A DNA stretch of 64,000 nt from Moniliella sp. 'wahieum' (GCA_003971905.1 RSEE01000003.1:434001-498000); one strand, 5' to 3'. Shown: positions 38,062-53,400, counted from the stretch's first letter. A program made the numbers and translations. Notes: generated from the letters alone by a model not told the origin.

Positions 38062-40112
38062 ATGTCGGGCACTTTCTTGCCCCCCAACCCGCAGCTACGG
38101 CGCACACATCCACCATCTTTGATCCACCGACGTATATGTCCTCGGGGCTGCTCCAGCCGCTGCCCCAGCGGCGTGACGAAGCGGGCGCGCGACCCTCGCG
38201 TCTGCTACTTCTTTGATACGGACATTGGCAATTTCCACTACGGCACCGGCCATCCCATGAAGCCCACCCGCATCCGTATGGCCCATTCCCTCGTGATGAA
38301 TTATGGGCTGTACAAGCACATGGAGATCTTTGTACGTCCTTTCCCCCCAACCGCCACCCTCGTGTGACGGAAGAATGCTAAGACGGACCCGCTAGCGCGC
38401 AAAACCGGCGACCAAGCGTGAAATGTCCCAGTTCCACACGGACGAGTATGTCGAGTTTTTGTACCGCGTCACGCCCAACCTGGTGAGCAACTACGGGAAG
38501 GAAGTCAACAAGTACAATATTGGCGATGACTGCCCCTCTTTGACGGCCTATTGACTACTGCTCCATCTCGGCTGGCGGCTCGATGGAGGGCGCTGCCCGG
38601 CTGTCTAGGGACAAGTGCGACATTGCCGTCAACTGGGCTGGCGGACTGCATCACGCTAAGAAATGTGAAGCCAGCGGATTCTGCTATGTCAACGACATTG
38701 TACTCGGCATCCTTGAGCTGCTTCGGTACCATCAACGTGTCCTTTACATCGACATTGATGTCCACCATGGTGACGGTGTGGAAGAGGCGTTCCTTACTAC
38801 CGATCGGGTGATGACCTGCTCTTTCCACAAGTACGGTGAGTTCTTCCCCGGCACAGGCGACATTTCGGATGTGGGGTGGGCAAGGGCAAGTACTATGCTG
38901 TCAACTTCCCTCTCCGGGATGGCATTACGGATGCCAATTACCAGACGGTGTTCGAACCAACCATTGCTCGAATTATGGAGACGTACGCTCCCGGGCGGTG
39001 GTGCTGCAATGCGGCTCGGACTCGTTGGCGGGCGACCGAATTGGGCCGTTTAACCTCTCGATGCACGGGCACGCGAACTGCGTCAAGTTTGTCAAATCAT
39101 TTGGCCTACCCACTCTCATGGTCGGAGGCGGTGGATACACCATCCGCAACGTCTCCCGCACCTGGGCATACGAACCGGGATCGCAGCTGGCCAAGAAATG
39201 TCGCCCCAAATCCCGGTGAGCGAGTATTACGAGTACTTTGGCCCGGACTACCAGCTGGATGTGCTGGCCAACAACATGCCCAATCGGAACACGCCAGCGT
39301 CATTGCAACGGACCAAAGAGATCGTTTTCCGTCACTTGAGCGAGCTTCCACCTGTACCTAGTGTCCAGATGCACCATCCCCCTGACCGTTTCCATCTCAA
39401 TGACGACGGGGAAGAGGTTAGTCTGGATGAACGGGACCAAATTGATCGCGAAATGGCCGAGGATCGGGCGGCGCATGGACGACGGTATCTCGTCGCCCGC
39501 TCATGCGAGACGGGAACGAGGGCACTCGTCCTCTCGATGAATCCGATGAGGATGACCTTCGCGGCGATCCAGGCCGGCGCAACCGTACCGACCCTACTGT
39601 AGAAGCAGAGGAGGCGCAACCGTCACCGCAATTGCCATCGCACACGGATGCGGAAGCGCAACCGCAACCGGGCACGGAAGCGCAACCGGCCATGGAAGCG
39701 CAACCCATGTGGAAGCGCAACCCCATGTGGAAGCGCAACCGGACACGGAAGCGCAACCCCATGTGGAAGCGCAACCGGACACGGAAGTGCAACCGCACGT
39801 GGAAGCGCAACCGCTCACGGAAGCGCAGCGCAACCACACACGGAAGCGCAACCGCAGTGGAACCCAGTCAACCGCAACGCTCCCGCCATGCCACTGGAAC
39901 CGCAACCGGAACCACCAACCGCAGCTCTCCAATGCGGTCACTCAACTGAAGAGCAAGACCCTGTTGCAACAACTCAAGCCAACGGTGCGATGGACGCAGC
40001 AACTCCTTCTCAGCCTAATGGGACAAGTAGCGTCGACGAAGGCCCGGTCCCAAATGGAGTAGTCCCCAACGGAACGGTGATCGATGAAGACGTCGAGATG
40101 GCCGACGCTTGA
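38062..40112 (+). CDS. RPD3: Class I histone deacetylase (Rpd3/Clr6 type) with repetitive acidic C-terminus
   Basis: [91 protein letters not shown]; intron at ~38332-38395. Confidence 0.96.
39643..39860 (+). repeat. 18-bp coding tandem repeat (xxGGAAGCGCAACCxxxx) encoding (T/V/M)EAQP(H/D/x)
   Basis: About 11 imperfect copies visible. Confidence 0.9.
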
Positions 40113-40449
40113 CCCTCGCTTCAACGAGCCATGCGTCTGCTGTCCTAGTTTTTGTGCTCTGTTTAACAAAGGCCACTCTGTGCTTGTTTATGCCAGTCGG
40201 TCTATAAGATGATGAGGTATACATTGAAAGATCTGGATAGCATGGCGGGCGGAGCTATTCCATAGACAAATGCGAAGCAGTGGGCAGGCACTTACTTGTT
40301 CGTCCGATGCACGCTCACGATCATACATTCGGACAAACGGCTTCCACTTTGCGGAACAACGGATAAACCTGACAAAAGTTTCCACATCTTGGATGTTGTC
40401 GTTGTCGATGGTGCAGAACAAAAGCTGTCTATCTCTCTCGTTTGCGTCG

Positions 40450-40534
40450 TCTCCGATAGTTTAGTGGCTATGACACGTCCCTGTCATTTTAAGGGCGTTC
40501 GGACGAGACCCGGGTTCGATTCCCGGTCGGAGAG
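40450..40534 (+). tRNA. tRNA-Asp(GTC) with 13-nt intron (40487-40499)
   Basis: Acceptor TCTCCGA/TCGGAGA plus discriminator G; D-loop TAGTGG; anticodon stem CGTCC/GGACG with GTC at 40483-40485; T-arm CCGGG-TTCGATT-CCCGG; T6 Pol III terminator at 40539-40544. Confidence 0.95.
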
Positions 40535-40741
40535 ACTATTTTTTCCCATTTAAACAACAGTGCTCGGCGTGGGCATAGGCAATTGATGGCGCACAGACCA
40601 GCAAACTCTAGTCCAGAAGAGTTGCTGTGTTACATGTTACGCTAGATACGAGTTACCAGTTACCATAGTTACCACCATCTCCCTCCGCGCCTCAACAACA
40701 ATGGAATTCCTCCACATACATAATTGTCCGCTTCCATCGAT

Positions 40742-42633
40742 CTACCACTGCAGCGAACCATCAAAGCGGCGGCACGTCCCCCGCACTGAGAGAGCAAAGT
40801 GGACCTTCTCTACAGCCGCGCTCACAGCCGCGACCCGAGCGTCCCACATGGCCACGGCTGCTGTTGCGCCCTGAGCAGTTTGCTCCGAGACGGGGACAAA
40901 AGAGGTCCCCTGATGGGCTGCGGCATGATCTGCCACCACCTTTCGTAGGTTGAGCGGCGGGACCAGTTCAGTGCGCCCTTCGGCTGACGACTCGACTGCA
41001 ACTGTGCCTGGCGCAGCAACGGCATCGTCCTTCTCCACTTGGGTCCCAACTGACTCACGCCCGGGCGGGGCAAAGGTGACCGTGCCGGCCTTTTGGTCAA
41101 TCGAAGCAGAGATGCGTTGTTCTCGGCCGAGCGAGCGGACCAGAGCTTCGGTGCCCACCGTGCTCAGGCCGACCAGCTCACCCAAACGGGCGAGCGAAAT
41201 GCGCGAGTAAATTCTTCCTGCGACACGCACATTGTGGGTGGCCAAGGCATATTCGAGTGCCGTTTGAACGGCATGCGGGCGTGCGTCTGGCCCTAAGGCG
41301 AAGTGGCAAAGAGCGCTTTGTCATTGGCCGATAGCGCCACGGGCCGCTGGCCCGCCGCCCCCACATAGGCACGTAGAGTGTCTTGAGCTTCGGCCCCCAA
41401 TGGTCGTCCCGCCGCTGCTGCATGGACGAGGGGGGCAATCGGCCCGGTTAAACGGGCATCCGAAGCCAGTGTGTCCAGTACACGGTCCCGCGCTGCGCTA
41501 GCCGGGGCTAAAAGAATGGCAATCGAAGCAAGGTGTCTGTCATAGTTGTCTGGTTAGTACCACAATTGCACAGATGTCGAGAGGTCCACATACAAACAGT
41601 AGGGAATCCGCGTGGGGTCAGCCTTGTTGCCTTTGACCAACTGTACTGCACCCTGGGCCGCGTCAAACGCACGCCAGTGAGAATGTAAAGACAACCTGAA
41701 CCTCTTGTTGCTGCGGCGGCCCGGACCTCAATGTCGCTGGTAAAAAGCGCAACGCGCTCCTCCTCTTGGGGGTTAGAAGACCCCGCCTCCTGCAGCGCAC
41801 TGGCCGCAGCGGAAGCCATGTCCTTCGCAGCGGACCGGGCAGCCAGGAGGACGTTGAACCATGCCTCTCCCCTGGCAATCGCCTGCTCGCCTCGTCGGTA
41901 GGAGGCACAGCGAGGAAGAGGAGGAAATGTGGGTGAGATGCGCAAGGGGGAAGACGACTTGCCAGGGCTCAGCGGGCGGCGGGCCGGGATCGAAGAGTGC
42001 ATCCAGCCCGCGTCCCGGGAGCTGGCCAGGGCGGGGGAAGGCGAGGTCGGTGCCAATGGTGGTGCGTGATTGGTACCGACGATGGCATAGACGTCCGCCT
42101 CAAAGGCACCCTTGACGTTGCCAGCAAGAAACTGAGCGTTGGCATGCGCCATGCGGAGTCCCAGCAGCGCTGCGCCGCGGCGGGTGCCAACTTGACAGCA
42201 TCGGTGGCTTATCGAGCACCGCAGCGGCCGCCTCAGCTCGCAGAGCCAGGTCGGTGACCAAGGCAGGGCCATCGGAGGGCGGGGTGGGCAGCAGTGGGGA
42301 GCGGGGGGGCAGGAGGAAAGGCAGGGGCTCGGTGGGAGCGGGGCGTGGCCAAGAAGGCGGCGGGGTCGTAGAAGAGCTGGGTGGCGGCGAGGAGGGGGAG
42401 AAGGCTTGGCCGAGGGGCTCGTCGGGCTGCTGAGCAGGGCGAGGGCGAGGGGCGGGTGTAGGGGTCGGGGACGGAGGAGCTGCGAGGGCGCGCAGAGGGG
42501 GGTGAGGGGGGCGGAGAGGGTGGAGAGAGGCGGCGAAGGCGGTGGTGGCCCACTCGAGCAGGGCGGGGACGAGGGCGGGGGCGGGGAGCGCGGCGGCGGC
42601 GCGCAGGCGCTCGACGGAGTCTGTGTCGGCCAT
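40742..42633 (-). CDS. CSN4: PCI-domain protein, most like COP9 signalosome subunit 4 (strongly diverged)
   Basis: ALATHNVRVAGRIYSRISLARLGELVGLS...RISASIDQKAGTVTF...WDARVAAVSAAVE matches the CSN4 winged helix and terminal helix pattern. N-terminal half GC-rich and frameshifted. Confidence 0.65.
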
Positions 42634-42967
42634 GGGGGCGGGTGGGTGGGGGTGGGCGGGCAGGCTGGATGCGGCTGCGGCGCCTCTTGGGGGCTGCGGT
42701 GGGCAGGCTGACGTAAAAGACTGCGGGGGCGGGTGCTCGTGACTAGTGCCAGGGCTGGACACTGCTGGGGTGCGGGCCAGTGCGCCCGCCTGGCAGCATC
42801 CAAAGCACAGACCGCGGCGTGCGATGGCGAGCGCTTCGGCGGCGCTTCCCCTGCCGGCCGCCAGCTGAGCCCGCCAGCTGAGCCCCCGGCCCAGCCCACC
42901 ACCGCCGCCATCGCCACCACCGCCACCATCATCGCCATCGCCACCCCGCCACCATCCTCCCCCCGCC

Positions 42968-45900
42968 ATGTCCCGTGTCACCGGCCTGGCGCAGCACCCC
43001 GCCTCCCGCCGCCACCCCGCACGCCGCCCCTGCCTCGCCCCACATCGCCTGGACCACCACGCTCAACCCTAGTCACTCCCCCCCCGCCAGTGCTGCTCCT
43101 GTCTCTGCCGAGCCAGATGGGGACGATGAGGACGATGATGACGACGACGACGACGACGACGACGATGAGGATGAGCGTCCCTCACGCACATACGCCACCG
43201 CCCGGCCATGTCACCGCCATCTTCCGCGGTAGCGCCGACATCTTACTCATACCACGGCCGTCCCCCAGCCCGCGAGGACGCTTCCGGTCGCGTCTCCCGC
43301 ATGTCCCGGCGCCGTCCAACTCTTCCGCTGGTGCCTCCGAGTGGGGGGGTCTCACTAGTCGCCTCGCTGCTCTGCGCATGTCGGCTGGGAGCGCTGTCCA
43401 GCGTCTGCTCAGCCCGCACTTCCGTCTCCGAGGCAAGACATCCCCCCTCCTCAACGACGGGCCTGGTTCTAGCGACGGAGTGCCATCTCCCCCGCGATCC
43501 CCCCATGCTGGCCCCACCTCTCTTGCCCACCCCCCCGTCTCTGCTACACCGACATCGCCCGATGTACACACCCTTTCGCTCTCCCCCACCTATGAAGATA
43601 CGGCACGGAGAATGACCCATCCCCGCGACGAACGTACCAGTTAGAGCTGCAGCAGACCCACCCCCCCTCACATTCCGCTACGACGCTGTCGTTGCGCACG
43701 CACCTCCGTTGGGATCCCTCGAAGTGGGCGCCACATCTCCCTTGTCTCCTTCTACTGATGCACACCCGAACACCCTGGGCCTTATCGTCCGCTCCAATCA
43801 CGTATGGACAACCAGCACCATCGCCGCGACCCTTCTTCCTCCCATAAGCATCATCACCATCACTCCTCAGCCGTTACACCCAGCTCTCAGTTTCTCGGCC
43901 AGCAGCCCCCAACCCCGGCGCTCGCCCTACCAGCCCAGCGCCAATGGGCTAACTGTTCCTCCTGGCCGTACTGCCTCCAGGGGAATGGGTACCCTTCCCC
44001 TCTGGGCCCAGGTTCATCTACTGGGTTCCGCCGAATACTAGTGGGACGAACTCAGGCCCGATACCGCGCCAGCATCGTCGGGAACCCATCGTCTTTTGGA
44101 TCCCAACCCGCCGAGCGCATTCAGCACCTCTACCGTTCCCGACCATTCTCCCCTCGCAGGAAGCGAGTTCATTTCCCCCCTCAAGGCCCTCTCGACGTAT
44201 TTGCATCACACTTACCATCTGATCAACCCTGACGACTTTCTCTACGACCTTCCATTTGCGCCACGCAAATTTACACCAAACCCGGCGAGCCAAGGCACAA
44301 CTTGGGGCGGGACAACCAAACCCATGACCTGATTCTCTGGCAGCATGGGTGCATTCAAGCTGATGGTGTAGCTCAGGATACCCAACCAGGTGCGATTGAC
44401 GACCCCGCGTCAATGGCAGCGTCAGTGGCAGCTCAAGACGAGGAAGGCGAGGAAGGCGCTTTGCCCAATCGAAAGTACCTGATCTTGTCGTTGCTAGGAC
44501 GTGGCACGTTTGGTCAAGTGGTCAAGGCCCAGGAGATACACACCAAGGAGGTGGTGGCAGTCAAAGTAATCAAGAACCGACCTGCATACCGGTCACAATC
44601 TGCCAGGAGGTGCGACTTCTGTGTGTTGAATCAGGTTGGGACGTGGACAACTCGCACCATATTCTCCGGCTGCGTCCACCTTATCCTGGCCGCGATGGAG
44701 GCGGGTTTACTTCGGCAAACCATTTGTGCATTGCAACCGAATTGCTGAGCCTGAACCTTTACGAGATCATTCGCCAGAACAACTTCAAGGGTTTATCAAC
44801 GGGGCTGACGCGGGTGTTGACTCTGCAACTGCTCGATGCACTTGTTGTACTTAAAAAGGCACAGATCATTCATTGCGACATCAAGCCAGAGAACATTTTG
44901 CTCGAGCGGCTGCAACCACCCAAGATCAAACTAGTTGATTTCGGTTCGGCCTGCTTTGAAAACCGGACAGTGTACACTACATCAATCGCGCCACTATCGT
45001 GCGCCCGAAGTCTTACTTGGCACCCCTATACCTCGGCGATTGACATGTGGAGTTTGGGGTGTGTTGTCGCCGAGCTCTTCTTGGTCTGCCAATTTTCCTG
45101 GCTCTTCCGAGTTCAACCAAGTGACCCGGATTGCGAGATGTTGGGCAACCCCCCCGAGTATATGCTGGAGCGTGGCCAGCAGACCCATGAATACTTCAAC
45201 GTTTTACTGACCGTACCGGGAGACGAGCACATCGGATTAAATCGTTGGAGGAGTGGATCGAGCAACATCCGGACCAACACCCTCGCGAACGGCCTTCGCA
45301 TCGGTACTTTGCCGCGACCGAGTTGACCGAGTTGATTCGGACCTATCCGATGGCCCCACGGGGCGGACGAGCAGTGAATGTGGAGAGTGGTACGTTTCCC
45401 TGCTCACCAGTGCGAGTTAGGATTCTGCGCTAACTAATGCGACAATTCAGAGCTCCACAATCGGGAATGCTTTACCGACTTTCTCGAGGGGCTATTGCAG
45501 CTGGATCCATTTGAGCGCTGGACCCCTTCTCAAGCTCAACAACACCCGTTTATCACCGGAAAGCCTTGGACAGTCCGTTTGCGCCAATGCCCGAGACAGG
45601 GTTGACGGGGGGAGCGAGTGATTCTGCTGCCACTGCTGCAGCTGCGGGGCCGCGGCTTGGCCCCAGGCACGGAGGATCAGGCTCAAACAATCGCCCAACG
45701 GGCTCAGCTCCATGCCCAACAGACCCTAGCCCAGGCTCAAGCGCAAGCGCAAGCTCAGGCTATGGCGCAAGCTCAAGCCCAAGCCCAAGCCAGCCCAAGC
45801 AGCAGAGACGCAGGCGCAGGCTCAGGCTCAGGCGCAAGCACAAGCCTCTTTGCCCAGGCTGCCGTGAAGCCCAACGTCAAGCTGAGGTCCAGAGGCAAGT

Positions 45901-46864
45901 GCAACTTCAAGTGCAGCAGATGGAACTGCAGCGCCGGGCCCGGCAGAAGCTGAGATGGCCAACTCTACCTCGGGCTCACGGGACTTGTCCAACAATCCGT
46001 ATCATGCTATGCTCGGTCGCCGCCGTGCGCTTGAGGCAGCAGTAGCAGCAGCTGGTACCGATTCTCCTTGTCGTCCCCTTCACGTTCTATGGGACACCGT
46101 TCCGCAGAGTCCAACGTCTCATCCCCACTTGCCTCGGAAGCAACATCCCCCAATGCCCCCACTCCCGGAGGCGGTTTGCGGGGGATTCCCGGACGGCTCG
46201 TCGCGCCGCAAGGGAAGCTCGTTCAGCCGCGACGGCCTTGACGGAGAACAATGCCGAGCTTGCACTTTTGATGCGCAATACCCCCTATGGTCTGATCGAG
46301 GAAGAAACCTCGTCAGCTGAAGACAGCACCGATTCCCGCTCCCTCCAAGATTCCGATTCTTATTCGGACGAATCCGACGATCGCTCTTCAGGGTCAAGAT
46401 CAGGCTCTTCGTCTGGGTCGCTGTCTCCGGATCCGAGTCCGGATCTTCCTCCTACTCTCCTGGTCCAAGGCAAGCCGCTCCTTCTACCGCATGGAGGCGG
46501 TCTGGTGCCGAAAGTGCTACTGCTCAACCAGGCAGGAGTACGCCCCCCCTTCGGCCGAGGAGGCACGTGCGGCTACGCCAACTTTGTCTCCTGCTCCTTC
46601 CTCTCTTTTGGGTTCCACGGTAGACGGGAACTACCCGTACGGCGCGTATCGACGCCCTTACGACTCCCCTACGGGTCCAGAAGGGGAGTAGAAGATGAAT
46701 ACGAAGAGGGTGTGACCTCTCCGCCCAGGGTACGTCTCACTCTCGTCCAGACCCCCTCGCCACCACCTCATCGCCAATCTTGGGCCCAAGCTGCAGCTCA
46801 TGCCCGTCACTTTTCCTTGGCGGATGCCTTACCCTGGGGCCGTTCGCGACACTCACGTGGCTAG
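42968..46864 (+). CDS. YAK1: Yak1-like DYRK family protein kinase
   Basis: LSTYLHHTYHLINP..DNQTHDLIL, LGRGTFGQVVK, VAVKVIKNRPAY, ELLSLNLYE..NNFKGLS, IIHCDIKPENILL, DFGSAC, QSRHYRAPEV, IDMWSLGC; N-terminal poly-Asp and C-terminal QA-rich tracts. Ends approximate. Confidence 0.93.
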
Positions 46865-47202
46865 GTTGACCCCCTTCCCCCCCCTCTCCCCACACACACC
46901 GTCTCCCCAGATTTTTGGGGCAATGTGCTTCGTCTCTTTCATGTGCCGTCTTGCTGGCGTTGGTTCTGATTTATGTATTTTCACTGCTGGCCCACTGGGA
47001 CCTTAGCGGGTTGCCTCACCAACTGCACCAATTCACCCCATTCTGTACGATCATATGTAGTAGTTGATGCGATTAACTGTTCGACTTTGATTAAGGAAAA
47101 AGTAACGTAGTGGTAATAGAACGTTGAGGAATCCGTAACAACCGTAACAATGCAAACGTAGATACCGTGTCATACTGATGCAGACTGGAAGGTAACGACT
47201 TT

Positions 47203-48193
47203 TTAGCGGCCAGCGCGACGATGGAGACGCATCAGATATGTTCCGTTTCGACGATACCTCTCTGTCCGCTCGGGCTCGTCGTCCGTCACATGGACAACAT
47301 CGAATTTTTTCTTGAGCAGGGCGAAGAAACGCTTGTCGGCCTTTCTGCGCTTTTGGTAGCAAAACAAAATCTCCTGCGCCGGGCCCTCACCGCGCGGGCG
47401 CGTCAGGGCATAAAGCGTGTCGACCAAAGGTTGGAACGCAATTTCGCATAGACACAGTCGGCCAGAAGGAGCACATCAGGCTTGGCAGGTCCCGGATGGA
47501 ATGAGTTCGCCCACACCAGCTCGCTCACGTGCATCGGATCTCGTCCGCCTTGGTTCAACGTCACGTTTTCTTGCATCAGGGCCATCATGGCGCTAGTACC
47601 CCAGATTTGGTCAGTACACTTGTTCTCTCCACCCCAATCGCTACGACCCACCTCGGGGTCCAGATGCGCATTAACACACTGCATGTCCGTCACCCATATT
47701 TCGGCCCCCAACTGCAATCGCGCCGCCAGCAGGCCCAGCAGGCCCGTGCCAGCTCCCAGCTCAACAACCGTTTTGTTTCCCAGTCAGCTGGTCTTTGCGC
47801 GAAGCGAGGTAGGCCCCAAGCCGCTCCGCCGCGGGCCAGATACGGCCCCCACAGCCACGACTCACATCGCGCTTGAGCAGCACATCAAACGAGGGGAGGG
47901 CACTCTACCGCTTGGTCCTCGGCCGGCGGCGTGGGCGGTGACACGGGTGACACCAGCCCCTTGGTATCCGCTAAGGTGAGGGGGGCGATCGGTACGGCAT
48001 CAAACAGCTGGGGCGTCGAGGCGGGGTCGGAAAAGTAGCGGACCACGGCACGGCGATCAATAATGGACTTGCGCTGGTTCGGTACCAACCCGGCAGGGCT
48101 ACCGACGGAGCAGGCCGAGTCAGCGTCAGCGTCAGCGTCAGCGTCAGCGTCCGTCAGCGTCCCGCTGGGCACCGGCTCGCGCTCCTCGGCCAT
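47203..48193 (-). CDS. EFM6: Family-16 (METTL21-like) protein-lysine methyltransferase, Efm6-like
   Basis: VVELGAGTGLLGL (SAM motif I), IWVTD, DVLLLADCVY, FCYQKRRKADKRFFALLKKKF; (GCGTCA)n encodes DADADA near the N-terminus. Confidence 0.85.
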
Positions 48194-48391
48194 GTCGACG
48201 CCCACCGGGCGCGCAATGAGACGCAGGCCAAAAGCCGTGTCCATGATGCGGAGAAAGAAGGCGTGCGGCCAAGAAGGAAGGCCGCAGAGCCTGGTGGGGT
48301 TTGCTGGCGGCTGGCGGCTGGAAGCTGTGGAAGGTATTTAGACCAGAAGCAAGCGAAGGAGAGCAAACCGGGCCGGGGGGGGGGCCTGGTG

Positions 48392-48417
48392 TGACATGTG
48401 ACACACGTCACATGTGA
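48392..48417. repeat. TGA-CATG-TGA and TCA-CATG-TGA palindromic units upstream of EFM6
   Basis: Read directly from the sequence. Confidence 0.75.
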
Positions 48418-48735
48418 TGCGCATGGGACTGGATCCGCCATCACATACACATCACTTTAAATTGCAATTCTTCCGGTCCCAGGCACACCGCATGTCCCAG
48501 GTACAGCGCCAGCGCCAGCACTTCGCTCAATATAATCCGCGGTCCTTTGCAGGGGCGTGCTACACGCTTCTCATCGTTCCCACAGCAGTCCATCCACGTT
48601 CAACCTAAGTTGGCCTAAAGCTACAATAGCTTCCATCCATCATCGCTCATCCACCACCTGATAACATAGATTGGAAGAACGCATGAGTGGCAGTGATATG
48701 AAGAATGGAAGGAGGCATTGCCGAATCCATCCAAC

Positions 48736-50082
<1,347 letters not shown>

Positions 50083-50447
50083 GCGTTGGACAAGAGCGAA
50101 CACGTGGACAGCGCCCGCACGCCACAGGCCAGTCTTCTCCTAATCGACCTAAGGCTTAATCGACTAATCCCAGATCCCAGAGCCCATGCGGCTGCCCAGG
50201 CACTGTCCAGGCTGAGTCAGCAGCCGCACTCGTCGGCAGCCTTCAGCAGGACCACGTGACCAGGCCCATTTTGAAACCCGAAATTCCGCTGTCGCACATG
50301 TGATGTGGACAGTACAGCTCCCCTCCCAGCACGGAGCCAGTGTGCGTGATCTGCCGCCCCGCCGGAATTTTCGGCCACCTTCCAAGGCGCGCACTCGCCG
50401 TTAGCCGCAGCGCCCCCACCCCCACCACCACCCCGTACTCGGCCCCG

Positions 50448-53400
50448 ATGGCACCTGCCCCCCACCGCTGCCGGTGCCGCTCCCGCCGGCGCCGCGCCCT
50501 CCAGCGGCCCCATCCAGCTGGAGAATACGACGAAACGCGACTACCTTGTCGGTCTCCAGAAGAAGTACCAGGCCAAGTGGGCCGCCGAGCGTGCGTTTGA
50601 GATCAACTCGCCCATGCTGCAGACCCCCGACGAGAGCACGCCCCGTGCGCCTGGCGAGTCCTTGCTTACCGCCGACCAGATCTCATATGAGTCCCGAGGA
50701 GGTCCGCCAGCACTACCCCAAGTGGCTCGGCACCTTCCCGTACCCGTACATGAATGGCTCTCTCCACATGGGCCACGCCTTCTCCCTGTCCAAGCTCGAG
50801 TTTGCCACGGGCTTTGAGCGTATGCTCGGCAAGAAGGCTCTTCCCCTTCGGTTTCCACGCCACCGGCATGCCCATTCGTGTACGTACCCCCGTTCTCCTC
50901 ATCCTCCCCCTCCCCGGAGTATCGGTCCAACTAACGCATATTTGTCTGGCTAGGCCGCCACCGACAAGCTCATTCGTGAGATTGAGATGTTTGGGGAGGA
51001 CCTGTCTGGCTACAAGGAGGACGAGCCGGAGGTAGAGGTTGTCGCGGCGGACCCCAAGGATCCTTCGTCTCGCGACCCGGCCAAGGCGACTAAGGGCAAG
51101 CTCAACGCCAAGTCGACCGGGCTCAAGTACCAGTTCCAGATTTTGGAGAGCATTGGTGTACCCCGCTCTGAGATCCACAAGTTCCGTGACACGGACTACT
51201 GGCTCAAGTACTTCCCTCCTATTGCCCACGAGGACCTGGATGCGCTTGGTGCCCGGATTGACTGGCGGCGGTCGTTCATCACTACCGACTACAACCCGTA
51301 CTACGATTCGTTCGTCCGCTGGCAGGTCAACAAGCTTCGTTCCCTGGACAAGATCAAGTTTGGCGAACGCTACACCATCTTTTCTCCTAAGGACAACCAG
51401 CCTTGCATGGACCATGACCGGTCCGAAGGGGAGGCACTTAACCCTCAGGAGTACACTGCGCTCAAGATGGAAGTCGTCCAATGGGCTACCAAGGCGGCAC
51501 CTCAGGTAGATGCTCTCACTACTGCCAAGGGCCTCAAGGTCTTCTTGTTGCTGCCACGCTGCGTCCGGAGACGATGTACGGCCAGACCAACTGCTTTGTC
51601 GGTCCCAAGATTGACTATGGCTTGTTTGAGTGCCCGGGCGGGGAGGTGTACGTGTGCACGGACCGCGCGGCGCGCAACATGGCCTTCCAGGGCATCTTTG
51701 CTGAGCGGGGCCAGGTCAAGAAGCTGGCAACCATCAAGGGCGCTGATTTGGGGTTCGCTCATCAAGGCTCCCTTTGGTACCAAGTACCCTGAAATTCGTG
51801 TTTTGCCCATGGAGACTGTGCTGGCCACCAAGGGTACGGGTGTGGTGACCTCGGTCCCCTCTGACTCGCCCGATGACTACACTACCCTTCGTGACCTGCA
51901 GAAGAAGGCCGAGTTTTACGGAATTGACCCGGCTTGGGTCAAGGACCTGGAGCCGGTGCCTGTGCTCGAGACGCCGACCTACGGCAACCTGGTCGCGCCC
52001 ACGCTGGTTCAGAAGCTAAAGATTCAGTCCCCTAAGGACACCAAGGCGCTTGCCGAGGCCAAAGAAATCGCCTACAAGGAAGGATTCTACTCGGGTAAGC
52101 TCATTGTCGGCGAGTTTGCTGGGGAGGAGGTGCAAGTCGCCAAGCCCAAGGTGCGCGACGCGATGATCCGTGCTGGCTGGCGTTTGCCTACGCTGAACCT
52201 GAGGGTCGGGTTGTGTCCCGCTCTGGGGATGAGTGCGTTGTGGCGCTGATGGACCAGTGGTACCTCGACTATGGCGAGGAAAACTGGCAGGCCAAGGCTC
52301 TCAAGGAGGTCAGCATGCTCAACACTTACACTCCGGACGTCAAAAACGCATTTGAAGCTGTTATTGGCTGGCTGCATCAGTGGGCGTGTGCGCGTGGCTA
52401 CGGGTTGGGCACCAAGCTTCCGTGGGACCACAACTTCCTTGTCGAGTCGCTGTCCGACTCGACGATCTACATGGCGTACTACACGGTCGCTCACCTGATT
52501 CAAGGCGGGGGCATCAAGGGTTCCGAGCCTGGTTTGCTTGGCATCACGGTGGAGCAGATGACTGACCCCGTGTGGGATTACATTTTCGGTACCATCACCT
52601 ATGCCGAGACCGAGCAGACTGCCGTTTCGCAGGACAAGCTCGACATTCTCCGGCGCGAGTTCCGCTACTTTACCCCATGGACCTGCGCACCAGTGGCAAG
52701 GACTTGATCCCAACCACCTTACCTTCTGCATCTACAACCACACTGCCCTCTTTGGCGAGGAGCACTGGCCCAAGTCCATCCGCGCCAACGGGCACCTGAT
52801 GCTCAATGGCGAGAAGATGTCCAAGTCTAAGGGCAACTCGCTCACGCTCCGCGACGGTGTGGAGAAGTTTGGAGCGGACGCGATGCGCGTCTCGCTGGCC
52901 GATGCTGGGGATGGGATTGAAGATGCCAACTTGGAGGAGAAAGGTGCCAACTCGAACATTCTGCGTATCTACACGTTGCTCGAATGGGCTACCGAGATGG
53001 TCAAGGCGGCCAAGGCTGGCGAACTGCGCACGGGACCGAAAGATTCGTTCTGGGACGCTAGCTTTGAAAACGAAACCAACCTGGCCATTGTTAAGACCAA
53101 GGCGGACTATGAGCAAACGTGTACAAGGAGGTGACCCGCGACGGATTTTACGAGTTGATCATGGCGCGCGACTTGTACCGTGACGCGACGCAGGACATCA
53201 AGATGCATGCCGATCTGGTGCTATACTGGATCAAGACGATCGCGCTGCTCATGTGCCCCATTGCGCCCCACATGGCCGAAATCTCTGGACTGGGATCCTG
53301 GAGCAGCCGCGTAGCATCCAATTTGCTCTTTGGCCTGAGCCAAGCAAGCCGGTGGACCAAAAGTCGTGCGGCGACCGATTATGCGCGGGCCACCACCAAG

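Noticed and set aside
41508..43644. Long Pro/Gly/Arg-rich ORFs in several frames (also 57500-59300)
   Set aside because: Products of extreme GC content and stop-codon scarcity; only portions belong to CSN4, YAK1 or the Zn2Cys6 gene.
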